14,154 bases of DNA from a virus. Lineage: Duplodnaviria; Heunggongvirae; Uroviricota; Caudoviricetes. The notes beneath the pieces are model-generated. The model ran no database searches, was not told the DNA's origin, and saw only the letters and a program-made list of their open reading frames with translations. The stretch's first letter is position 1; every line of letters begins with the position of its first letter. Where the stretch lies: the IMG/VR virus record IMGVR_UViG_3300022594_000256, positions 67,368 to 81,521 of that record; one strand, written 5' to 3'. The translations under genes were made by a program, and so were the position numbers. Below, one piece after another: positions 6,393 to 13,325 of the stretch.

Positions 6393-7238
6393 TTAAGGAT
6401 TATCTGAACTTGGTTGATTTGCAGCGTGTGCAGCCAATGCAGCAGCTACAGCAGCTTCAACCGCAGCTTTAATAGTTGCAGCGTCTACACCGTTAACTGC
6501 GGCAGATTGTTGAACTGGAGCAATGAACGCATCTGCTGCTTCTTTGTTAATTTCTTCAATAACTTCGTAGCGGCAAGCACGACCCTTTGTTGAATGATAG
6601 TCAGCTGGAATGCTAACAACATCACGTGGGTTGATCTTAAGGATAACTGTACGGCTATCGCTTCCACCGAAGTGTTTCAAATAGTCCTTAGAACAGAAGT
6701 GCAAACCAGTTGAGCAAGTGCGGTTAGCATCGTCATCAACTTCGTTACGTTCCATTTCAACAACAGTACCTACGCTATTATCCATAGTACCACTGTGGAT
6801 ATCTTTGTAGTCATTGCGAATTTTCTTGTAAGCCAAGAAGTGACCATCTGCCGTAATTGGCAAGTCGCCTTTTTCCAAGAAGCTGTACAATTCGTCAACA
6901 GCACGTTTGCTTGGGTTCTGCATCAAGTTTTCCATGAAGTTAACCATTGGTTCAACAGGGAAACCTTCTTGATACATCTCAACAAACTTGCCTGCCAAGT
7001 AGTTGTGGAACTCTTTACCTTTCCAGAACAACTTGTCGCCTTGGACTTCAACGTTACCTTGACCGTAGTTAAGGATAACTTTTTTAGGTTCAACTAGATC
7101 CTGTACAGAATCCCAGTCGTTATTTTTAATAGCGTCTTTGATCTTGTCATAGGAAATATGAGTCGAACCAATAGTGTGGCTGTTATTGCCAATTACAATA
7201 ACAATGTTTTTGCCTTGAATCAAATATGGGAATGCCAT
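6393..7238 (-). CDS. rIIB: rIIB-like protein
   Basis: Conserved rIIB core LPITADGHFLAYK, GTVVEMERNEVDDD..TCSTGLHFCS and KINPRDVVSIP.DY..TKGRACRYEV. Directly downstream of rIIA. Confidence 0.9.
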   Translation of the reverse strand: MAFPYLIQGKNIVIVIGNNSHTIGSTHISYDKIKDAIKNNDWDSVQDLVEPKKVILNYGQGNVEVQGDKLFWKGKEFHNYLAGKFVEMYQEGFPVEPMVNFMENLMQNPSKRAVDELYSFLEKGDLPITADGHFLAYKKIRNDYKDIHSGTMDNSVGTVVEMERNEVDDDANRTCSTGLHFCSKDYLKHFGGSDSRTVILKINPRDVVSIPADYHSTKGRACRYEVIEEINKEAADAFIAPVQQSAAVNGVDAATIKAAVEAAVAAALAAHAANQPSSDNP

Positions 7239-7239
7239 T

Positions 7240-9414
7240 TTAGATGCCTTTCGATTGATCGATTAAATTGATATACTCTGCTACCGCTTCGTCTTCACCG
7301 TACCGGATGCAATTAATCAGCGGATAGCGAGAGATAATTGCATTTGCTTTGTCGCGGAACGCTTGAATTGCTGCCTCTGGGTCAAACACAGTTTTAGGAC
7401 TGTAGCGTTTGATCAATCGGTTAATTGCATAACGATCCGCATCTTTGTCACCAGCATCCTTGAAAGTAGAAACCAACTCAGCGTATGGGCTCTTGCTATC
7501 AACTTTGCTAACAATGCCACTATTATAGCGCAAGAACGTGAAGTTGTCAAGCTCTTTTGCAATAAAGTTGCTAATTAATTTAGCATCAATTTTCTTCAAA
7601 CTCTTGGAAATGTGATCTTCAATGTTGATCCAGTTCTTTTGAGTTTTGATAAACTCAATGTCGCCTTTACGTACACCGTAAATCGAACCAACATTAAGAG
7701 CAGCAATACCGCAGTTTTTCAAATCACGATACAGTTCTTTAATGTCGCCCAGATTGTGAGCACTTTCGAGATTGAAACCACTCAGCGGCATGTAGTAATA
7801 AGTTTGCTTTGCATCAAAGCTATCAGCTTTGCCAGCATCACGCCACACCATGTCTTTCTGACGATAGTAGCCACCATAACCTTTTTCTTCAAGGCGCATA
7901 ATAGTAACGTTCTTGCCCATTGCGCTGCCAGTTTGCTCACGTTCTTTTTCACGCAAGCTGCTAGCACGTAGAATTGCCTTAGTAGGAGGATTACTAATAG
8001 CTTTCATAAATGCACGTACATTCATTGGCTTAGTTTTATCAATTGCGTTAAGAACATACACAATATCAGTAGCACGACCGTAGCCTGTACCTTTCTGCTC
8101 TTCACGGAAGTGGAACTTAGAACGCTCAAGCGCACCAATCTTTGTATCATTGACTACGAACCAAGTAGTGTTGCTAATACGGAATTCGTATGTCTGTGCG
8201 TAATTAGTTTGACCATTTGCATCCTTGTACGCTTCACTGTAGCTTTTCATGTTGCTAACGGTGTTGTTACCTGGAGACTTTTCAAAAGCATTAAGATTAA
8301 TGTTCATGTCAGCCAGTGCTGCAACAGTCAGGCGTGGCGCCTTAGTACGCATACCGTATTGATTGTCAACCAAGTCAAAGTTATTGTCAGCAGCATACTT
8401 TTGAACAGCAGCAGCCCATAGTTGACTACGGCCCTTGTCTGCAAGGTAAATTGCACGTTGCCACTTGTTTTTAATAGCATCTGCTTCTTCTGCAATCTTG
8501 TCAGCAAGAATAGCATTAACCTCTTCCAACTTACGTTTAATGCTGTCAATCGTTTGTGGAATGTAGCTCAAGCCTTCGCGTGATGCTTGGAAGTCCAATT
8601 CACCAATAGCAAATTCCATAACCAGGTTACAATCCAGCAAGTCCTTCAATTCACCCAAGTTCTTTTCAACGTTAGGAATTTGAATTGGGTAAGCAATATT
8701 ACCCATGATTGCAGTGCTGTGATAACCGTGACGGCGAGCAGCGTGTACGCCAGGAATGATGTCTTTGGTTTCGTATTCTACTTCATAGAAGTCAAAGTTG
8801 CTAACACCACTGACTACAGGACGATGTTTAAACCACTTGTAAACAGAGTGTGCTTCGTCGTGAAATTTGCTGAAATCCCAACGATCTTCAACTGAAAACT
8901 TAACTTCAACGCCGTTAGGTTCATCAGTTGTTTCTTCCATCATCAACGCAATTGACGGGACTCCTTGGTCGTTGATGAATGCTGAGTAGATGCGCTTCGA
9001 GTTATCTTGAATCGCGGTAACCGTAAAGTTATCAGTATAAGCAAAGGGAGACTTACTGCCCAAACCAAGAGCACCAATAAATTCATTGGAAGTTGTTTTA
9101 GTACTCTCAAAGTAAGTTGTGTAAATGTTTTTAACTTGTTCATGATTAAGTCCTGTGCCGTAGTCGCGGATTGAAAACCAAGGTTCTAATTGATTTGGGA
9201 GATGCACATCATATGGAGTGTCTACTTTGCCAGCAGCAACATGACTGTCAATTGCATTGCATGACAGTTCACGGATGATGGCTTTAATCTTGTTAGCATA
9301 CAAACCGCTAGACAGAATGTTAAATGCCTTAGCAGAATTACGAATACGGAACTCACCAATCTCACTAACGTTGCTCATGATAGCTTCGTTTTGTGGTGCA
9401 TTGTTGATAATCAT
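7240..9414 (-). CDS. rIIA: rIIA-like protein (N-terminal GHKL/HATPase domain)
   Basis: GHKL motifs IIRELSCNAIDSH, IRDYGTGL and IGALGLGSKSPFAY. 724 aa, paired with rIIB. Confidence 0.9.
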   Translation of the reverse strand: MIINNAPQNEAIMSNVSEIGEFRIRNSAKAFNILSSGLYANKIKAIIRELSCNAIDSHVAAGKVDTPYDVHLPNQLEPWFSIRDYGTGLNHEQVKNIYTTYFESTKTTSNEFIGALGLGSKSPFAYTDNFTVTAIQDNSKRIYSAFINDQGVPSIALMMEETTDEPNGVEVKFSVEDRWDFSKFHDEAHSVYKWFKHRPVVSGVSNFDFYEVEYETKDIIPGVHAARRHGYHSTAIMGNIAYPIQIPNVEKNLGELKDLLDCNLVMEFAIGELDFQASREGLSYIPQTIDSIKRKLEEVNAILADKIAEEADAIKNKWQRAIYLADKGRSQLWAAAVQKYAADNNFDLVDNQYGMRTKAPRLTVAALADMNINLNAFEKSPGNNTVSNMKSYSEAYKDANGQTNYAQTYEFRISNTTWFVVNDTKIGALERSKFHFREEQKGTGYGRATDIVYVLNAIDKTKPMNVRAFMKAISNPPTKAILRASSLREKEREQTGSAMGKNVTIMRLEEKGYGGYYRQKDMVWRDAGKADSFDAKQTYYYMPLSGFNLESAHNLGDIKELYRDLKNCGIAALNVGSIYGVRKGDIEFIKTQKNWINIEDHISKSLKKIDAKLISNFIAKELDNFTFLRYNSGIVSKVDSKSPYAELVSTFKDAGDKDADRYAINRLIKRYSPKTVFDPEAAIQAFRDKANAIISRYPLINCIRYGEDEAVAEYINLIDQSKGI

Positions 9415-9455
9415 TTGTAAGCCTTTCTGTGCCTGTGTGTTTAATTTAAGTATGT

Positions 9456-9484
9456 ATTATACTGCCAAAATTCCAGCTTGTCAA
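9456..9484 (-). promoter_or_regulatory. Sigma70-type promoter P1 for rIIA-rIIB-kinase
   Basis: TTGACA-agctggaattttggcag(17)-TATAAT, a perfect consensus. Confidence 0.9.
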
Positions 9485-9485
9485 C

Positions 9486-9743
9486 TCAATATGCGCAATG
9501 AATTACAAGTTTTTTAACATTTGGTATTTGGATGTTAGGCTCGTAAACAGCCTGTTCACCGTCCCAGCCATCTTCGCAATAGTCTGGGTGATCAGGTTGG
9601 ATGTGAGTGAACAGGACATCTTTACCTGTTTTGTGGCTTTTAAGCAATAGTGCTGGAGGAAAGCGTCCTGTATGCATACTAGAAAGTAAAAGGGTTTTAG
9701 TTTCTTTTTTGAACTCGCAAAGTGCAAGGCATACAGTTTTCAT
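9486..9743 (-). CDS. Hypothetical protein, 85 aa
   Basis: AGGAG SD before the ATG and its own perfect promoter upstream. It fills the gap between promoters. No recognisable family (contains CEDGWDGEQAVY). Confidence 0.75.
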   Translation of the reverse strand: MKTVCLALCEFKKETKTLLLSSMHTGRFPPALLLKSHKTGKDVLFTHIQPDHPDYCEDGWDGEQAVYEPNIQIPNVKKLVIHCAY

Positions 9744-9776
9744 TTAGTTCGCTCCTAACTGTTAAACAATGTGTGT

Positions 9777-9805
9777 ATTATACAGCCAAAATGTTCATTT
9801 GTCAA
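9777..9805 (-). promoter_or_regulatory. Sigma70-type promoter P2
   Basis: TTGACA-aatgaacattttggctg(17)-TATAAT. The -35 box contains the TGA stop of the 57-aa ORF. Confidence 0.9.
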
Positions 9806-9975
9806 TAGACTTCTTTAACAATATCAAATTCTTCTTTAGGCCACTTAGTTTTGAATTCTTCTGTTTTAACGTATTCGTTGTAGTCTTTAGCATTAAAGAA
9901 CACCTTAGTAAACTCTGTTTTAAACGAACCTTTTTTATTGATTGTTAGATAAACTGATTTTGCTGTTCCGGCCAT
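9802..9975 (-). CDS. Hypothetical protein, 57 aa (below the ORF-track cutoff)
   Basis: Manual translation MAGTAKSVYLTINKKGSFKTEFTKVFFNAKDYNEYVKTEEFKTKWPKEEFDIVKEVY*. AAAGGA SD, with promoter P3 directly upstream. Confidence 0.8.
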   Translation of the reverse strand: MAGTAKSVYLTINKKGSFKTEFTKVFFNAKDYNEYVKTEEFKTKWPKEEFDIVKEVY

Positions 9976-10002
9976 TTTGTGTTCCTTTGTAATTAAGTTT
10001 AT

Positions 10003-10031
10003 ATTGTACTGCCAAAAAAATAGCCCGTCAA
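10003..10031 (-). promoter_or_regulatory. Sigma70-type promoter P3
   Basis: TTGACG-ggctatttttttggcag(17)-TACAAT, one mismatch in each box. Confidence 0.8.
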
Positions 10032-10046
10032 CTAGACGAGCTATTT
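10014..10046 (-). terminator. Intrinsic terminator after the AAA ATPase, overlapping promoter P3
   Basis: AAATAGCTCGTC-TAGTT-GACGGGCTATTTTTTT: 12-bp stem with one G-U, and a run of 7 U. Confidence 0.85.
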
Positions 10047-10067
10047 GAGTTGTATTTCTACAACATA

Positions 10068-11144
10068 TTAAAATGCATCCCAGTACTTGTAAGTTTGTTC
10101 TTTAACTTTAGTAAGAACAAGTGTAGTACCGTCTGTATTTGAAAATACGTACTTAGTACCGTTGTCGTCGATTTTCTTAAGTTGGTTAGGTTCAAAAACC
10201 TTTGATTCCCAATCCCAGATTTCTTCGCCGTCTTCGTCTTTCTCGAACGCCTTGTAGTTAATGTGGACACGCTTGTTAAGCGGATTGCCCTGCCATTCTT
10301 TTTCGTCGAAATTGGTTTCAGCCATTTCTTCGCCATTGATCAGCAGCTTAATCTTGTAGCGTGACTCGTTACCGTACTCAGGCTTAGTATTAAGCATTTG
10401 CATAGCTTCTTGTGGAGTTTCGTTGAAACGGTTCATTTCTTCAACAAGTGCCTTGAGCATGTCAAAGTTGAACTGATCAAACGTACCAGCAATACCTACA
10501 ATCTTTTCGATGTGTTCTTTAGCCTTAAGATTGTCTTCGCAGTATTCACGGATGAAATCTGCTTCAAGGCCCTTGTACTCTAGTGAGTAGAACACACGAC
10601 CTGGACGATTACGCATGTGTGAATTAACACGCCACTTGTCGTTACAAGTAAGGACAAACAACTTTTTAGTTGGGTACACACCGTCAAGCAAGGTCAACAT
10701 CAACTCTTGATCGTGTTCGTCATAAACTTTTTCAAACTCGTCAAACACAACAATCAATGGTTGCTCGATAGATTGAATGAAAGCATTAAATGCTTCACCA
10801 CACCAGGGTTGATTAATAACAATGGTAGGAATGCCTTGCTCGTAGCCTTTTACAGAAAGCATCTTAGCTAGCAAAGTTTTACCAGATCCCTTTTCGCCGG
10901 TAAGCATCACACCGGTAGTAGTAGGGCGATCGTTAAATGCGTAAAGAATACGATCAGCACGTTTGTTAGTGTCACCGTAAATTTTACCACGGATTTCAAA
11001 GTTATCAATTTGTTCGAGATACATTTCACCAGTCATCTCATTCTTCTTGATAACATAGTTACCTGCAGGCAATGCTTCGTGCAAGTCCATAGCTTCTTTT
11101 TTAGAAACTTTGTACATATTGCCCATTTTCAGAAAGTAAGTCAT
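10068..11144 (-). CDS. Single-domain AAA+ ATPase
   Basis: Walker A GEKGSGKT, Walker B IVVFDEFEK, sensor-1 LTCN and arginine finger NRPGR. Confidence 0.85.
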   Translation of the reverse strand: MTYFLKMGNMYKVSKKEAMDLHEALPAGNYVIKKNEMTGEMYLEQIDNFEIRGKIYGDTNKRADRILYAFNDRPTTTGVMLTGEKGSGKTLLAKMLSVKGYEQGIPTIVINQPWCGEAFNAFIQSIEQPLIVVFDEFEKVYDEHDQELMLTLLDGVYPTKKLFVLTCNDKWRVNSHMRNRPGRVFYSLEYKGLEADFIREYCEDNLKAKEHIEKIVGIAGTFDQFNFDMLKALVEEMNRFNETPQEAMQMLNTKPEYGNESRYKIKLLINGEEMAETNFDEKEWQGNPLNKRVHINYKAFEKDEDGEEIWDWESKVFEPNQLKKIDDNGTKYVFSNTDGTTLVLTKVKEQTYKYWDAF

Positions 11145-11180
11145 TTTTCGCTCTTTCAGTTGCGTGTTGTTGAAGTTTAC

Positions 11181-11209
11181 ATTATACGATCAAACAGTAG
11201 GGCTGTCAA
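11181..11209 (-). promoter_or_regulatory. Sigma70-type promoter P4 for the AAA ATPase
   Basis: TTGACA-gccctactgtttgatcg(17)-TATAAT, a perfect consensus. Confidence 0.9.
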
Positions 11210-11220
11210 GCCCTACCATT
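11193..11220 (-). terminator. Hairpin after NAMPT (possible terminator) whose loop is the P4 -35 hexamer
   Basis: AATG-GTAGGGC-[TTGACA]-GCCCTAC-TGTT: 7 perfect bp extendable to 11 with two G-U pairs. The U-tract is weak (TGTTTG). Confidence 0.55.
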
Positions 11221-11223
11221 CAA

Positions 11224-12621
11224 TTATTTGCGAGCATTTGCTCGAACTTGCTCAAAAGTAATTTCTTGAACAAGTTTACCGTCTCGGTATACTTCTTCTA
11301 GCATAGAAGTGAATGGACCAAATCCTTTGTCAAACCAACCCTTAGGTTGATCAACAGCAGTTACCCACTCACTACCTGCTTTCCAAAGTTCAATACGTCC
11401 TGCTTTAGATTTCTTACCAGGATCGGTAATAGGATCTTTAACAACATCACGGTCCTCGCCGTTTACAGTAATGCTAGAGCATTTCATAGCAAACTTTTGA
11501 GTATCGCGATCCAACTGTTGAAGCAATGCGCCACCCATACCAAATGCAATGTTATCTGCACTGTAACCGTACACTTGGAATGAACCAAGGATCATACGGA
11601 TAGTGTGTTCGTTAACACCGTCACCTTGGATAAGACGAACGTTGTTTAGGACTTTAAAGCCTTTGCTGTTTACAGTTGATCCAAATTGCTTGTCTAGAAT
11701 TTGAACCAGCTTACGACAGACAATGTCAGGATCACCACTATCTGGACGAATAACAACGGTGGCACCACTATCAATAACCTGTTGACGAAGTTCTTCGCCC
11801 CAAAGTTTAGATGCGGCGTTAAAGACATCATAAGAATCAGACACGACAGCGACAATAGCGCCAGGCTTTGCAAATTGAGTGAGCATGTTATCATAGGCTT
11901 TTACTTCGTTGTCACGACCCCAACTTGTGATGGTGCTGTGTTCTGCGGCAGGAATTGAAAAGCCGCTAACACCAGCGTTATAGAACTCACGAGCATACAA
12001 GATACCGGTAACAGTATCAGTGCCCATGAAGTTAACGAGGTGGGCCGCGCCGCCAATGCCAGCGGACTCAAGGGAACTAACACCGCGAGCACCAAAGTCG
12101 TGTAACTTAAAATCGATAGTAGATGGGTCACCTGTCTTCTCCAATGCGTCAAGAATGACTTGTTTAATTTTCCAGCTCTGTGTTGCTACAGTAGTAGGAT
12201 ACCAAATTGCACGGAGCAAGGCTGTTTCCAACCATGTAGTTAACCAGAAGCATTCTGGATCTGTGTTTTCAATTGTTGCAAGCACCTGCTTGACAGGTAC
12301 AACTGTTCCTTCGGGGACGGCTCGGATAACAACTGGGAGGTATCCATTGTGCTTGTCAAGAATGTACTGCCATCCTGCGCGGTTGAAAGGCTCACCGTGT
12401 GCGGTAAGGATTTCATCAGCCACATCAATGTCTTGTTGTGTGATGGGCTCGAGTAAGTACTCTTTAATGAACGCTTGGAGGCCGAAGAATACAGTCTGAT
12501 CGTAACGTCCGCCTCTTGATTCAATGTAAGAATAAACACCTGTAGTTCCTGCTGGGTATTGTTTGAACATGCTAACTTTGTAGCTGTCAGTGTTGAGAAT
12601 AATATTTTTTGCTAATTTCAT
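11224..12621 (-). CDS. nadV: Nicotinamide phosphoribosyltransferase (NAMPT)
   Basis: Motifs TDSYK, YSYIESRGG, HDFGARG, PAAEHS, VVSDSYD, IRPDSGDP, IQGDG, FGMGGALLQ and KKSKAGR. 465 aa. Confidence 0.95.
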   Translation of the reverse strand: MKLAKNIILNTDSYKVSMFKQYPAGTTGVYSYIESRGGRYDQTVFFGLQAFIKEYLLEPITQQDIDVADEILTAHGEPFNRAGWQYILDKHNGYLPVVIRAVPEGTVVPVKQVLATIENTDPECFWLTTWLETALLRAIWYPTTVATQSWKIKQVILDALEKTGDPSTIDFKLHDFGARGVSSLESAGIGGAAHLVNFMGTDTVTGILYAREFYNAGVSGFSIPAAEHSTITSWGRDNEVKAYDNMLTQFAKPGAIVAVVSDSYDVFNAASKLWGEELRQQVIDSGATVVIRPDSGDPDIVCRKLVQILDKQFGSTVNSKGFKVLNNVRLIQGDGVNEHTIRMILGSFQVYGYSADNIAFGMGGALLQQLDRDTQKFAMKCSSITVNGEDRDVVKDPITDPGKKSKAGRIELWKAGSEWVTAVDQPKGWFDKGFGPFTSMLEEVYRDGKLVQEITFEQVRANARK

Positions 12622-12664
12622 GATAAACTCCTTATCAGTTTGTTGCCACCAGTCTATCTAGTGG
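12621..12664 (-). promoter_or_regulatory. Structured 5-prime leader of NAMPT (two hairpins, the second covering SD and start)
   Basis: CCACTAG-ATAGA-CTGGTGG (12664-12646) and TGATAAG-GAG-TTTATCA (12637-12621). The second includes the GGAG SD and the A of the ATG. Confidence 0.45.
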
Positions 12665-12674
12665 ACTTGTCTTA

Positions 12675-12703
12675 ATTATAACAGATAAACCTATACCTGT
12701 CAA
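12675..12703 (-). promoter_or_regulatory. Sigma70-type promoter P5 for NAMPT
   Basis: TTGACA-ggtataggtttatctgt(17)-TATAAT. The -35 box contains the TGA stop of the macro-domain gene. Confidence 0.9.
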
Positions 12704-13161
12704 CCTTTAAATTCTACCAAAGTGACCGAACCACCTTGAGTAGAAACACGCTGACTAAATGCTTCAAGCAAAGTCATAATGCGTTCTTTGTCGCCGTTAG
12801 CTAAACCCATGCCAATCAAAGGAAAGCCAAAACGATACTTGCCAAATCGGTTAGCTAACTTGCTAAGAATACGCTCAAATGCGTGATACTCGAACACGTC
12901 AACACCGTCACGGCTCATACTGTACTGCGTGTAAGCATTAATAATCACTAAACGACCATGCATACCGATTGTGTAAGAGCCTAGCTTGCCTGCATCGCCA
13001 CGCACAGTTTCATCATCTGCTGCACGAGCGTCAGGTAGCTTCACTGCAATTTGTGCAGCAATGCCTCCACCCATAGTATTGAAACAGTTGCACCCATGAA
13101 CAATAATATCAAACTCATTGTTCTTACCCATTTCAATCAAATCACCTTTAACTAATTCCAT
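12700..13161 (-). CDS. Stand-alone macro domain protein (ADP-ribose binding/hydrolase), 153 aa
   Basis: Motifs VKGDLI, IIVHGCNCFNTMGGGIAAQIA, INAYTQY and FGFPLIGMGLANG. The start is better placed at ATG 13161 (AAGGAG SD) than at the track start 13191, which overlaps the 50-aa ORF. Confidence 0.88.
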   Translation of the reverse strand: MELVKGDLIEMGKNNEFDIIVHGCNCFNTMGGGIAAQIAVKLPDARAADDETVRGDAGKLGSYTIGMHGRLVIINAYTQYSMSRDGVDVFEYHAFERILSKLANRFGKYRFGFPLIGMGLANGDKERIMTLLEAFSQRVSTQGGSVTLVEFKG

Positions 13162-13171
13162 TTCTAACTCC

Positions 13172-13324
13172 TTATAAAAATCTTGCAGCAATCAACGCTG
13201 CGTTTAATGCACTGGCAAACAAATTGAGATATCCAGCACTTGTATTTCCTCGTTGAAAGCAACCAATAGCAACCCAGCCACTAAAGATTGTACAACCTAC
13301 ATTAAGCAAGTATAGCCATTCCAT
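13172..13324 (-). CDS. Small hydrophobic protein, 50 aa, probably two transmembrane helices (below the ORF-track cutoff)
   Basis: Manual translation MEWLYLLNVGCTIFSGWVAIGCFQRGNTSAGYLNLFASALNAALIAARFL*. An AGGAG SD lies in the last codons of nadM. It starts 1 nt after the nadM stop, and its own stop abuts the macro-gene SD. Confidence 0.75.
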   Translation of the reverse strand: MEWLYLLNVGCTIFSGWVAIGCFQRGNTSAGYLNLFASALNAALIAARFL

Positions 13325-13325
13325 G

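Noticed and set aside
12020-12499. 159-aa plus-strand ORF, with other plus-strand ORFs at 3895, 5086, 5826, 6092, 6795, 7363, 7612, 8110, 8587, 9257, 10398, 11010, 11347, 11701, 13540 and 13807
   Set aside because: All lie mostly antisense to well-supported genes, which is expected from codon bias. None has a recognisable motif or an evident plus-strand promoter and SD.
12679-12702. Imperfect palindrome TGACAGGTA-taggtt-TATCTGTTA across the P5 spacer as an NrtR operator
   Set aside because: It pairs only with G-T mismatches, does not show the GT-N7-AC core described for NrtR sites, and no regulator gene is in the window.
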